Shown here in pieces: positions 1 through 12,415 of a stretch of 64,000 bases of DNA (position 1 is the stretch's first letter; every line of letters begins with the position of its first letter). The position numbers were made by a program, and so were the translations under genes. Origin of the DNA: Nitrosopumilus sp. (GTDB taxonomy: Archaea; Thermoproteota; Nitrososphaeria; Nitrososphaerales; Nitrosopumilaceae); the NCBI GenBank assembly GCA_965224195.1, contig OZ245040.1:1664001-1728000 (forward strand), written 5' to 3'. The notes below the pieces were generated by a model, which worked only from the letters and a program-made list of their open reading frames with translations, searched no databases and was not told the DNA's origin.

Positions 1-563
1 CATTATACAGCTAAATAAACATGCATGTGACAATATAGTAATAAGATAATTCAACTCTCACTGTAGTACGCAATGGTTTTTTTGACATATAATGTAACAA
101 TATAATGAATGTACAAAGGGCACAAAAAATAATCAAATATGCAACTGCCCACTGCACAAAGGCTGCATACGGCATTAAAGATCTAATAAAGGATTGGAAT
201 TATATAGAAAATGATGTAGGTTCTAATCCACAGAAACTGGGGGGGAGGCAATGACAAGAATGCTGCAAGACAATATCAAGGTAGTGCAGTTAATACAGCA
301 AGACATTACCCCAAAATGTCGCCACCCAAAAAAGGACAGAGGCAAAGGATGGCGTATCATATTGCATGAATTGTAATACCGCCCTCTAATTTTTTTTCTT
401 CAATACCATATACAATCAAAATTAAACCACATTATAAAGACGTGTGACTTGGAAATTTCTTCAATATCACTAGATACGCAAGCCCCCATCTTCACCTAAA
501 CATAAAGGAAGCAGTAAATGAATTACATTAATTCAAAATACTAGTAAAAATAATATTATGTTA

Positions 564-827
564 TCAGCGTCTTAGAACTTTTCTTGCGATTAATTTTTTG
601 TGTGGATTTGTTTTCACTTTATATGACACGATATATTTAGTATTATGTACTTTATTCCTCATAGTCATATTATGTACCGTTATACCTGCTTTTTCTAATC
701 TTTCTAATTCTTTTACAGTTGCTTTGATATTTTGTGCCACTTTTTTATAATCAACAGTCTCACCAAGCTCTTGGATTTGAGCCATATGTTCATTATAAAG
801 TTTGGAGAGGGAAATTTTGAATATCAA
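564..827 (-). CDS. small basic hypothetical protein
   Basis: 87-aa Lys-rich ORF, no recognisable motif. Confidence 0.4.
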   Translation of the reverse strand: MIFKISLSKLYNEHMAQIQELGETVDYKKVAQNIKATVKELERLEKAGITVHNMTMRNKVHNTKYIVSYKVKTNPHKKLIARKVLRR

Positions 828-1167
828 CTAGAGTCGTTTTAGAAGTGCTTCTACTGCCTTATCAGCATTGGGATATGTGCATGTGATTTTATCTTCCCCT
901 TTTTGCGTTCTTCCAATACCGTTTGTTACTTTAGCGATTTCCATATTTGGTCGATTTTTTTTTTGATTTATAATTGTTTAAGCCTTTCTATTCCAGGATT
1001 TCATTACTCCTTTTTTCTATAAAAGCGCAATTCCGTATTATCACCAGTGATTATAATTTGATCATACATCATCAAAATTTTCCTAAATACTCATGAATCT
1101 TTAAGAACCGTCATTTCCACTCCAGACATACTTGGATACTCAGGTATGCCCATAGGATGGACACCAC

Positions 1168-1398
1168 ATGGTACGCAAAAAGCACGTATTTTTGAACAAA
1201 CAGTACGCCAGATACCAGTCAATAGCATATCTGGACAACTTTGCAGGAGCAAAAGACTTGACAGCTCATTATTTCCCAGAGAATGACAGGGCTGTAGTTG
1301 ATGAGTACATTGCAGTGAACCATCCAGACTCTGAAAGAATAGACATGTCAGAAATTGAGGATATTGCTGCAAGGTTTCTGAAAAGATATCAGTCTTGA
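1168..1398 (+). CDS. hypothetical protein, possibly a gene fragment
   Basis: 76-aa ORF; its 1229-1290 segment recurs inverted at 54681-54742. Confidence 0.4.
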   Translation: MVRKKHVFLNKQYARYQSIAYLDNFAGAKDLTAHYFPENDRAVVDEYIAVNHPDSERIDMSEIEDIAARFLKRYQS

Positions 1399-1529
1399 GG
1401 GCAGCAAATTATAGAGGCTGAAAAACACACATGCCGTGATAAAGCCTGCGGCCAGGTGTTTTCGTTTTTTTTACATCTTTATAAATTCAAAAAACTTACA
1501 ACGTGTCTGCTGTAAATCAAACTTTAGAA

Positions 1530-4500
1530 CTATTTCTTTTTCATTATTTCAAAATAATAAACAATGACAGCAAACACAACGACAAAAAATATTATGGAAA
1601 TTATTAGTAATTCACTCATCGATAGTTTAGGTGCAACAGGTTCAGGTGTTGGTTCAGGTGTGTATACAGGTTCAGGTGTGTATACAGGTTCAGGTGTTGG
1701 TTCAGGTGTGTATACAGGTTCAGGTGTTGGTTCAGGTGTATATACAGGTTCAGGTGTTGGTTCAGGTGTTGGTTCAGGTGTTGGTTCAGGTGTTGGTTCA
1801 GGTGTGTATACAGGTTCTGGTGTTAGCTCTGGTGTTGGTTCCGGTGTTGGCTCTGGTGCTCTGACAGATGATGGCCTGTTGTCCCTGCCGACAATGTCCT
1901 TTAACAGTTCATCCAAATTCATATTATCATAATGTACTATGCCAGGCAGTTCCTTCAGTATGATGTGGCCATCACAGTATGCCGCAGCAGATTCTACCTG
2001 TGCCTGTTTTTGTGATTTGTCGTAACTTTTTATCGACATTACATTTTCAGAAAGCATCTCTAAACCCTCAAAGCTAAACGCATATAGAGAGATTGGCACA
2101 TGCACGGACTTGAAAAGATCTTTCATGCTGGCCTGGGATGTCACATCAATGCCAACATTGGATGGATGCCCGTCTAAGACAATGGAGGCGCCAAGGTTGT
2201 CCCCATATGTACCTGCAACTAATACCACATCATTTTCCAGTCCGCACTGGTTGTACAGCAGTAGTATTGGACTCATTGTAAAACCTACAGAGCCGCTGCT
2301 GCTGCCACGGTCAGCAGGCTGTGGTGTAGTAGGTTTTGGTGTGATGGGTTTTGGTGTGATGGGTTTTGGTGGCAAGGCATCCTCTGGTATTTCTTTAGGA
2401 GTGCTGTCAATTACTGCAGTATCTAGTTCAACACTGACTGCATCTTCAATGACAATAGGATCCCTTACGGCAAGTACTAGGCTGTCATCCTTCTTCACCA
2501 CATCTGCACCATCTGATGTTGGAATGTCATCAGCTAGTGACTTGGTGTGCTGCACTGCCGTGCTATCAGGTGTCAAGCTGGTATTCTTTGTCACATCCAC
2601 GCCGTCTGATGTTGGAATATTGTCAGCCAGTGATTTGACATATTGTTTGGTTACAGAGATATCATCTGATGTTGGGATAGTATCAGCTGGTGACTTGGTG
2701 TGCTGTTCTATTACAGCGCCAGGTGTCAAGTTGGTATTCTTTGTTACAGAGATACCATCTGATGTTGGGATAGTATCAGCTAGTGATTTGACATATTGTT
2801 TGGTTACAGAGATATCATCTGATGTTGGGATAGTATCAGCTAGTGACTTGGTGTGCTGTTCTATTACAGCGCCAGGTGTCAAGTTGGTATTCTTTGTTAC
2901 AGAGATACCATCTGATGTTGGGATAGTATCAGCTAGTGATTTGACATATTGTTTGGTTACAGAGATATCATCTGATGTTGGGATAGTATCAGATGGAGAT
3001 ATGGCATACAGTTTCACTACATCTGCATTGTCCCTTGTTGGGATGTCATCAGCTGGAGATATTGCATATAGTTTCACCACATCTGCACCATCTGATGTTG
3101 GGATGTCATCAGATATGGATTTGACATATTGTTTGGTTACAGAGATACCATCAGATGTTGGGATGGTGTCAGCTGCTGAGCTGGCATATAGTTTCACTAC
3201 ATCTGCACCATCTGATGTTGGGATGTCATCAGATATGGATTTGACATATTGTTTGGTTACAGAGATACCATCTGATGTTGGGATGGTGTCAGATGGAGAT
3301 ATGGCATATAGTTTCACCACATCTGCACCATCTGATGTTGGGATGGTGTCAGATATAGATCTAGAGTACCGCTTTACCACATCCGCATCATCTGATGTTG
3401 GGACGATGTCAGATGGAGATATGGCATATAGTTTCACCACATCTGCACCATCTGATGTTGGGATGGTGTCAGCTGCAGATATTGCGTACCGCTTTACCAC
3501 ATCTGCACCATCTGATGTTGGGATGTCATCAGCTGGAGATATTGCATATAGTTTCACCACATCTGCATTGTCCCTTGTTGGGATGTTATCAGATATGGAT
3601 CTAGAGTACCGCTTTACCACATCTGCACCATCTGATGTTGGGATGTCATCAGCTGGAGATATTGCATATAGTTTCACCACATCTGCATTGTCCTTTGTTG
3701 GGATGTCATCAGATATGGATTTGACATATTGTTTGGTTACAGAGATACCATCAGATGTTGGGATGGTGTCAGCTGCTGAGCTGGCATATAGTTTCACTAC
3801 ATCTGCACCATCTGATGTTGGGATGTCATCAGATATGGATTTGACATATTGTTTGGTTACAGAGATACCATCTGATGTTGGGATGGTGTCAGCTGCTGAG
3901 CTGGCATATAGTTTCACTACATCTGCACCATCTGATGTTGGGATGGTGTCAGATATAGATCTAGAGTACCGCTTTACCACATCCGCATCATCTGATGTTG
4001 GAGCTTCGTCAGATGGAGATATGGCATATAGTTTCACCACATCTGCATTGTCCCTTGTTGGGATGTTATCAGATATGGATCTAGAGTACCGCTTTACCAC
4101 ATCTGCACCATCTGATGTTGGAGCTTCGTCAGCTGGAGATATTGCATATAGTTTCACCACATCTGCACCATCTGATGTTGGGATGGTGTCAGCTGCAGAT
4201 ATTGCGTACCGCTTTACCACATCCGCATCATCTGATGTTGGGATGGTGTCAGATGGAGATATGGCATATAGTTTCACCACATCTGCATTGTCCTTTGTTG
4301 GGATGTTATCAGATATGGATTTGACATATTGTTTGGTTACAGAGATACCATCTGATGTTGGGATGGTGTCAGCTGCTGAGCTGGCATATAGTTTCACTAC
4401 ATCTGCACCATCTGATGTTGGGATGTCATCAGATATGGATTTGACATATTGTTTGGTTACAGAGATATCATCAGATGTTGGAGCTTCATCAGCTGGAGAT

Positions 4501-7500
4501 ATGACATATAGTTTCACTACATCTGCATTGTCCCTTGTTGGGATGTCATCAGATATGGATCTAGAGTACCGCTTTACCACATCAACATCATCTGATGTTG
4601 GAGCTTCATCAGCTGGAGATATGGCATATAGTTTCACTACATCTGCATTGTCCCTTGTTGGGATGTTATCAGATATGGATCTAGAGTACCGCTTTACCAC
4701 ATCTGCACCATCTGATGTTGGGATGTCATCAGCTGGAGATATTGCATATAGTTTCACCACATCTGCATTGTCCCTTGTTGGGATGTTATCAGATATGGAT
4801 CTAGAGTACCGCTTTACCACATCTGCACCATCTGATGTTGGGATGTCATCAGCTGGAGATATTGCATATAGTTTCACCACATCTGCATTGTCCCTTGTTG
4901 GGATGTTATCAGATATGGATCTAGAGTACCGCTTTACCACATCTGCACCATCTGATGTTGGGATGTCATCAGCTGGAGATATTGCATATAGTTTCACCAC
5001 ATCTGCACCATCTGATGTTGGGATGTCATCAGCTAGTGATTTGACATATTGTTTGGTTACAGAGATATCATCAGATGTTGGGATGGTGTCAGCTGCTGAG
5101 CTGGCATATAGTTTCACTACATCTGCACCATCTGATGTTGGGATGTCATCAGATATGGATTTGACATATTGTTTGGTTACAGAGATACCATCTGATGTTG
5201 GGATGGTGTCAGATGGAGATATGGCATATAGTTTCACTACATCTGCACCATCTGATGTTGGGATGTCATCAGATATGGATCTAGAGTACCGCTTTACCAC
5301 ATCCGCATCATCTGATGTTGGAGCTTCGTCAGATGGAGATATGGCATATAGTTTCACTACATCTGCATTGTCCCTTGTTGGGATGTTATCAGATATGGAT
5401 CTAGAGTACCGCTTTACCACATCTGCACCATCTGATGTTGGAGCTTCGTCAGCTGGAGATATTGCATATAGTTTCACCACATCTGCATTGTCCCTTGTTG
5501 GGATGTTATCAGATATGGATCTAGAGTACCGCTTTACCACATCTGCACCATCTGATGTTGGGATGTCATCAGCTGGAGATATTGCATATAGTTTCACCAC
5601 ATCTGCATTGTCCTTTGTTGGGATGTTATCAGATATGGATTTGACATATTGTTTGGTTACAGAGATATCATCAGATGTTGGGATGGTGTCAGCTGCTGAG
5701 CTGGCATATAGTTTCACTACATCTGCACCATCTGATGTTGGGATGTCATCAGATATGGATTTGACATATTGTTTGGTTACAGAGATACCATCTGATGTTG
5801 GGATGGTGTCAGCTGCTGAGCTGGCATATAGTTTCACCACATCTGCACCATCTGATGTTGGGATGTCATCAGATATGGATCTAGAGTACCGCTTTACCAC
5901 ATCTGCACCATCTGATGTTGGAGCTTCGTCAGATGGAGATATGGCATATAGTTTCACCACATCTGCATTGTCCCTTGTTGGGATGTTATCAGATATGGAT
6001 CTAGAGTACCGCTTTACCACATCTGCACCATCTGATGTTGGAGCTTCGTCAGCTGGAGATATGGCATATAGTTTCACCACATCTGCACCATCTGATGTTG
6101 GGATGGTGTCAGCTGCAGATATTGCGTACCGCTTTACCACATCCGCATCATCTGATGTTGGGATGGTGTCAGATGGAGATATGGCATATAGTTTCACCAC
6201 ATCTGCATTGTCCTTTGTTGGGATGTTATCAGATATGGATTTGACATATTGTTTGGTTACAGAGATACCATCTGATGTTGGGATGGTGTCAGCTGCTGAG
6301 CTGGCATATAGTTTCACTACATCTGCACCATCTGATGTTGGGATGTCATCAGATATGGATTTGACATATTGTTTGGTTACAGAGATATCATCAGATGTTG
6401 GAGCTTCGTCAGATGGAGATATGGCATATAGTTTCACTACATCTGCATTGTCCCTTGTTGGGATGTTATCAGATATGGATCTAGAGTACCGCTTTACCAC
6501 ATCAACATCATCTGATGTTGGAGCTTCATCAGCTGGAGATATGACATATAGTTTCACTACATCTGCATTGTCCCTTGTTGGGATGTCATCAGATATGGAT
6601 CTAGAGTACCGCTTTACCACATCAACATCATCTGATGTTGGAGCTTCGTCAGATGGAGATATGGCATATAGTTTCACCACATCTGCATTGTCCCTTGTTG
6701 GGATGTTATCAGATATGGATCTAGAGTACCGCTTTACCACATCTGCACCATCTGATGTTGGGATGTCATCAGCTGGAGATATTGCATATAGTTTCACCAC
6801 ATCTGCATTGTCCCTTGTTGGGATGTTATCAGATATGGATCTAGAGTACCGCTTTACCACATCTGCACCATCTGATGTTGGGATGTCATCAGCTGGAGAT
6901 ATTGCATATAGTTTCACCACATCTGCACTGTCCCTTGTTGGGATGTCATCAGATATGGATTTGACATATTGTTTGGTTACAGAGATATCATCAGATGTTG
7001 GGATGGTGTCAGCTGCTGAGCTGGCATATAGTTTCACTACATCTGCACCATCTGATGTTGGGATGTCATCAGATATGGATTTGACATATTGTTTGGTTAC
7101 AGAGATACCATCTGATGTTGGGATGGTGTCAGCTGCTGAGCTGGCATATAGTTTCACTACATCTGCACCATCTGATGTTGGGATGTCATCAGATATGGAT
7201 CTAGAGTACCGCTTTACCACATCTGCACCATCTGATGTTGGAGCTTCGTCAGATGGAGATATGGCATATAGTTTCACTACATCTGCATTGTCCCTTGTTG
7301 GGATGTTATCAGATATGGATCTAGAGTACCGCTTTACCACATCTGCACCATCTGATGTTGGAGCTTCGTCAGCTGGAGATATTGCATATAGTTTCACCAC
7401 ATCTGCATTGTCCCTTGTTGGGATGTCATCAGATATGGATCTAGAGTACCGCTTTACCACATCTGCACCATCTGATGTTGGGATGTCATCAGATATGGAT

Positions 7501-10213
7501 CTAGAGTACCGCTTTACCACATCTGCACCATCTGATGTTGGGATGTCATCAGCTGGAGATATTGCATATAGTTTCACCACATCTGCACTGTCCCTTGTTG
7601 GGATGTCATCAGATATGGATTTGACATATTGTTTGGTTACAGAGATATCATCAGATGTTGGGATGGTGTCAGCTGCTGAGCTGGCATATAGTTTCACTAC
7701 ATCTGCACCATCTGATGTTGGGATGTCATCAGATATGGATTTGACATATTGTTTGGTTACAGAGATACCATCTGATGTTGGGATGGTGTCAGATGGAGAT
7801 ATGGCATATAGTTTCACCACATCTGCACCATCTGATGTTGGGATGTCATCAGATGGAGATATTGCATATAGTTTCACCACATCTGCATTGTCCCTTGTTG
7901 GGATGTTATCAGATATGGATCTAGAGTACCGCTTTACCACATTGACTGCGTCCTTTGATGGAGCTGCATCAGATGGAGATATTGCATATAGTTTCACTAC
8001 ATCTGCACCATCTGATGTTGGGATGGTGTCAGCTGCAGATATTGCGTACCGCTTTACCACATTGACTGCGTCCTTTGATGGAGCTGCATCAGATACCCAT
8101 TGAAGAAGCTCAAAAGGTTGCAGGATCTCCACATCAACTGCGTCCTTTGATGGAGCTGCATCAGATACCCATTGAAGAAGCTCAAAAGGTTGCAGGACCT
8201 CCACATCAACTGCGTCCTTTGATGGAGCTGCATCAGATACCCATTGAAGAAGCTCAAAAGGTTGCAGGACCTCCACATCAACTGCGTCCTTTGATGAAAC
8301 TGCATCAGATACCCATTGAAGAAGCTCAAAAGGTTGCAGGACCTCCACATCAACTGCGTCCTTTGATGGAGCTGCATCAGATACCGAGCTGGTATATAGT
8401 TTTACCACATCCGCATCATCTGATGTTGGAGCTGTATCAGATGGAGATATTGCATGCCGCTTTACCACATCCGCATCATCTGATGTTGGAGCTGTATCAG
8501 ATGGAGATATTGCATACCGCTTTACCACATCCGCATCATCTGATGTTGGAGCTGTATCAGATGTAGACATGGCATGATCACCACTTCGATACAAAACAAC
8601 CAGAGTAGTAGATTCATCATTTAAATTTCCGCTTAGGTCACTAACAGCTCCTGGTGACATGAAAAGATACCTTAAATCATGTAAAATTAATTCAAGTAGT
8701 TGCTTCTTTTTTATTGTGATTGATAAATCCGTACCATTACCAACTTTATTTATCTTAGCCTTGGAAAGTACAACGTCATTACCTTTCCCATCACCCAAAA
8801 ACATTTTTGACAAATCTGTCTTGTCAATATGTATCGGCTCATCAAATTTGATTCCAAGAGTCCTAGTTGTTTTATCTAATTTTACAGGGTATGGCAACTT
8901 GTGAACATCAATTATATATACATCAGTATCAGAATCAGATGATGTAACTATCGCATAAATTTTATCACCAATTTCAAATGTACTGGCTTTTGCCTGATTA
9001 GGAATTGTTGTTACAACACTTACAAGTAATGGTTCATATGGATTACTCACATCAAATGTTGACACAGCATCAGATGCAGTAACTATCGCATAAATTTTAT
9101 CACCAATTTCAGATATATTGACTCCACTTAGATGATTAAAAGAAAGATAATATTCATTATATATCGCGTCTACATGTTTAGGTTTTTTCGGGTTACTCAC
9201 ATCAATTATTGACGCAGCATCATCATCAGATGCAGTAACTATCGCATAAATTTTATCACCAATTTCAAATGTTGCAACTCCGCTTGCACCACCAGTTGCA
9301 GGCGTATAACTGGTTATCTCACGTACTAGTTTAGGTTTTTTCGGGTTACTCACATCAATTATTGACGCAGCATCATCATCAGATGCAGTAACTATCGCAT
9401 AAATTTTATCACCAATTTCAAATGTTGCAACTCCACTTGCGCCACCAAGGCTGTTAAACTTTTTTGGATTAGCAACAAAACTAGCAGGAGGGTTTACTGG
9501 TGTTCGTTCATCTATTGCAGATCCTATATGCTGCAAATCTTTGGGATTAGAAACATCAAATAAATAAATACCGCTTTCACGACCCTCATAACATTGTTTA
9601 GTAATTTGATTACAAGTCCTACTAGGGATACCCTCGTCGTGAACTGAAAATATTGCATACTGTTTAGATTTGATTTTAAAAATATTGACATCAGTGAATT
9701 GTGGGTAAGGGTATACGCCATAATCTATTTCATGCTGCTTGATAATAGTTGGCTTTTTCAGGTTTGTTATATCCACTGTAAATATATTATCTTCATCATT
9801 CAAGCCCGCTAACGCATAGATGTTATTTTCAATATAATAGACTGCAACTACCCCCCCCCCCAAATCACTGTTGTTATTGCCAGGAAACATCATCGTACTA
9901 ACAAACAAAGGGTTCAGAGGATCACTGACATCATAAAAAATCAAAGATTTGCGATTGGTATCTTCTACACCAATATTTGCAGTTAACAAAAGGGCATATG
10001 TTTTCTTGTTTATGTCATCAGTAACTATTGCAACATCATTTACATGCAAAACATTGTGTGATAAAATAATTTCACTAACAAAATCCTCATGCGTTATTAT
10101 GGATGGCTTTTTTATGTCAGTAGAGACTTGGGCGTTTACATCAATTACACCATAACTTAATACGACGACGACGGTAATAAAAAACAGAATTTAATTCTAG
10201 AAAACATAACCAT
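1530..10213 (-). CDS. giant cell-surface protein: signal peptide, LVIVD-like beta-propeller, Ig-like domain, about 100 x 20-aa repeat stalk, PEPT linker, C-terminal TM anchor; 5' end frameshifted
   Basis: ORF 1530-10049 stays open upstream to about 10190 (ILFFITVVVVLSYGVIDVNAQ). One extra T in the T6 tract at 10179-10184 would join it to ATG 10213/10207, giving MVMFSRIKFCFFITVVVVLSYGVIDVNAQ. Blades read FEIGDKIYAIVTASDDDAASIIDVSNP; the protein ends in a TM helix plus KKK. Confidence 0.9.
1635..1860 (-). repeat. 12/18-bp tandem repeats encoding a (TPEP/PVYT) proline-rich linker
   Basis: ggttcaggtgtt and ggttcaggtgtgtataca units. Confidence 0.95.
2500..8570 (-). repeat. 60-bp tandem repeat array (20-aa units such as [20 protein letters not shown]) with higher-order blocks
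   Basis: 60-bp period visible line by line; 66-bp variants at about 8100-8380; block 4081-4500 recurs at 6001-6420. Confidence 0.97.
9851..9861 (-). repeat. G11 homopolymer in the 5' coding region of the giant protein (currently in frame, LGGGV)
   Basis: C11 on the + strand. Confidence 0.9.
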
Positions 10214-10218
10214 GAGGA

Positions 10219-10851
10219 CTAGCTAACAGGCAATATATCAAAAGTATAAGTGATAGAAATACTTTCACCGGCATTTACAGTCACGTCATCAATCTCAATC
10301 TGGGCAAAAAGAATCTTTGAATTAGAAGCACAGTCAGTAAAATCATTAGCATCAGCAGATACGTTTGAACATACACCAACTGAAGAGATTGTCGTAGCAT
10401 CAGGAAAATTAACATCATTAGCAAGAAACGTAAGAGGACCGATGGTGGCAATTTGACCACTTGTTGTCACATCACTATCCTGCTTGCAATTGCTGCCAGT
10501 TAGTGTGTTGTCACCATCAAAATCACTTGCAGTCTCAGCTTCACTTGAAGTAATATCGGAAGTAGAAACACATAGAGAGCCAATTTGGGCGTTATTTACA
10601 ACATCAGTGGCAGAAGTTTGGAATATTTGATTCAAAATATAATCTCCTCCTACGGCCAATAGCATGTTATTTTTTGTCTGCTCATAAACTGGAGACCCTG
10701 ATGGATCATATTTTACTATAGATATTGTACCCTTTGCATTTATGGCATCGTGATTATTTGGTGCAGAATCTGTATCATAAGACAGGCCAGATGAGATTAT
10801 GAATGCCCCTCCCCCCGCTACAACAATGGCCAAGAGGAGAAGATATTTCAT
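10219..10851 (-). CDS. secreted beta-rich protein, putative fibre subunit
   Basis: N-terminal signal/TM; NMLLAVGGDYIL and LFAQIEIDDVTVNAGESISITYTFDI motifs; 4 Cys; stop lies 5 bp before ATG 10213 of the giant gene. Confidence 0.85.
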   Translation of the reverse strand: MKYLLLLAIVVAGGGAFIISSGLSYDTDSAPNNHDAINAKGTISIVKYDPSGSPVYEQTKNNMLLAVGGDYILNQIFQTSATDVVNNAQIGSLCVSTSDITSSEAETASDFDGDNTLTGSNCKQDSDVTTSGQIATIGPLTFLANDVNFPDATTISSVGVCSNVSADANDFTDCASNSKILFAQIEIDDVTVNAGESISITYTFDILPVS

Positions 10852-11037
10852 AATTATTGGCTATATTGATTGTATATAATATTTTTGTACGATCTAAAAA
10901 TTACATCATTAAAATAATAATCGCATAAACATTATAAAAAATAGCGTATATTTTTTTATTTTTTACATTTATTTCGGATTATAGTCAATAGGAATTCCCT
11001 AATTATATGGTAAATATGGATTCCCTAACTATTTTTT

Positions 11038-11217
11038 GTGAAAAAGAGACAAGGTAAAAAGAGGGTCCATCATAAGTGTCGTCGCTGTAATTATGAGTGG
11101 TTCGGAAAAATAAATCCATGTGCATGTCCCAATGCCAGATGTTGCTCAATTTATTGGGATAAAGAATACACGTTGCACAAAAATAGAAAGAAAAATAGAT
11201 ACAGATACCAGGACTAA
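11038..11217 (+). CDS. small zinc-ribbon protein
   Basis: manual translation HKCRRCNYEW...PCACPNARCCSIYW; 59 aa, below the ORF-track cutoff. Confidence 0.55.
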   Translation: MKKRQGKKRVHHKCRRCNYEWFGKINPCACPNARCCSIYWDKEYTLHKNRKKNRYRYQD

Positions 11218-11278
11218 TTTGCCAGTATCAGCATGCAATATATCAGTGATTGACTTTTATGTTTTTTTACAATGTCCG

Positions 11279-11941
11279 TTACATATCATAATACTTTGAT
11301 ATTATATGATTTAATGGCTCCATATAGCATGCAATATTTTTTACAAAGACATCACAGGCTCTATTCTCTGAGGATATTATGATTGCTAGCTGCGATATGC
11401 CTTGCCCTATATGCTCTGCCCGCATCACGCCATGTGCAGTTGCCTGCAGAAAATAGTCTTGTACAGTATCATCCCACTCTTCATACTTTTGTGTGCGTGA
11501 TGTCTTAGGGTTAACTATAGATGGTACGCCGTCATACTCTGCAATACAGTCAGATGTGCCAGATATCTCTAGCATGTCAGAGTACAAGGGCACCTCAAGG
11601 CCACGTATGCCTGCTTATTTTGTGCAACTCTTCTTTGAGGTTCTCAAAGCGGACCCAGGAGAGCCAGAGGTGTAAGACATTCAGTATCACTGTTGTCTAG
11701 ATAATTTTGTACAAGCTTGCGTGTCTCTGGGTTCCTGCAAGCTTTGCAGTCTCTGTGATGCAACCAGCTGGTGCCTCTCCTTTTTCTTTGCGCCATTTTT
11801 TGATACCTGATTTATCTGATGCTTTGCTGAGGATGGCAGTAATTGATGGGTACTGTAATCCGTTTGGCAGTTTGTACTTTCTGCCATATGCAGTCTTATC
11901 TGCAATATTTTTGGCGTATCAGTTGGGATGTGTGTGAACAA
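11279..11941 (-). pseudogene. virus-like PD-(D/E)xK exonuclease (Cas4/MGME1-like), frameshifted
   Basis: pieces in different frames: LPNGLQYPSITAIL; EVPLYSDMLEISGTSDCIAEYDGVPSIVNPKTS...DYFLQATA. Confidence 0.7.
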
Positions 11942-12022
11942 TAATTATGCTGATTTTTATAGCACTCAGGTTTTTTGGTGGGATTTGGCTTGTAACAAGT
12001 AGGGCCTAAATATTATCATTTT

Positions 12023-12298
12023 ATGCGCATTGATTGTTGTAGAAACTGTGGCACAAAACTTGCCATACTGGAGTGCTGTGAGGCGTGTAAACGGCCAGTA
12101 AAACTGCGATGTGTAAAATGTGAGCACTTTGCTGATGGCCCAATGCATTTAGCCTGCCGGCTATTGAACAGCCATATCGCGCCAATAAACAAAGCAATGT
12201 GCGTAAAGATGCTTTTGTCAAGATGCCCAGATGGCAAGAACTGGTTTAAAATTTTTGTAAAAGGGCAGGCAGACTGCTCAAATCCTAAATTTTTGTAG
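12023..12298 (+). CDS. small Cys-rich zinc-finger protein (C-terminus may be read-through)
   Basis: CRNCG...CEAC...CVKC...HLAC. Confidence 0.55.
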   Translation: MRIDCCRNCGTKLAILECCEACKRPVKLRCVKCEHFADGPMHLACRLLNSHIAPINKAMCVKMLLSRCPDGKNWFKIFVKGQADCSNPKFL

Positions 12299-12415
12299 AA
12301 TTTATGGGATTCTACTCTCCAGTTTGCATCAGTTACTGGCTCTGGGTTCTGTTTCCTTGTCGGTGGTTTTATTCGTGTTACTTTTCGGTTGCTGAAATCG
12401 TTCAATAATAAAAGA

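Noticed and set aside
2110-8103. 1997-aa + strand ORF (also 50228-52726 and 53110-54351)
   Set aside because: Antisense shadows of stop-free repeats; the - strand carries the signal peptide, domains and anchor.
2500-8570. Possible CRISPR array
   Set aside because: No unique spacers; in-frame coding repeats drawn from a few variants.
11279-11941. Cas4 of a CRISPR locus
   Set aside because: No Fe-S cysteine cluster seen, no cas neighbours, and a virus-type motif pattern.
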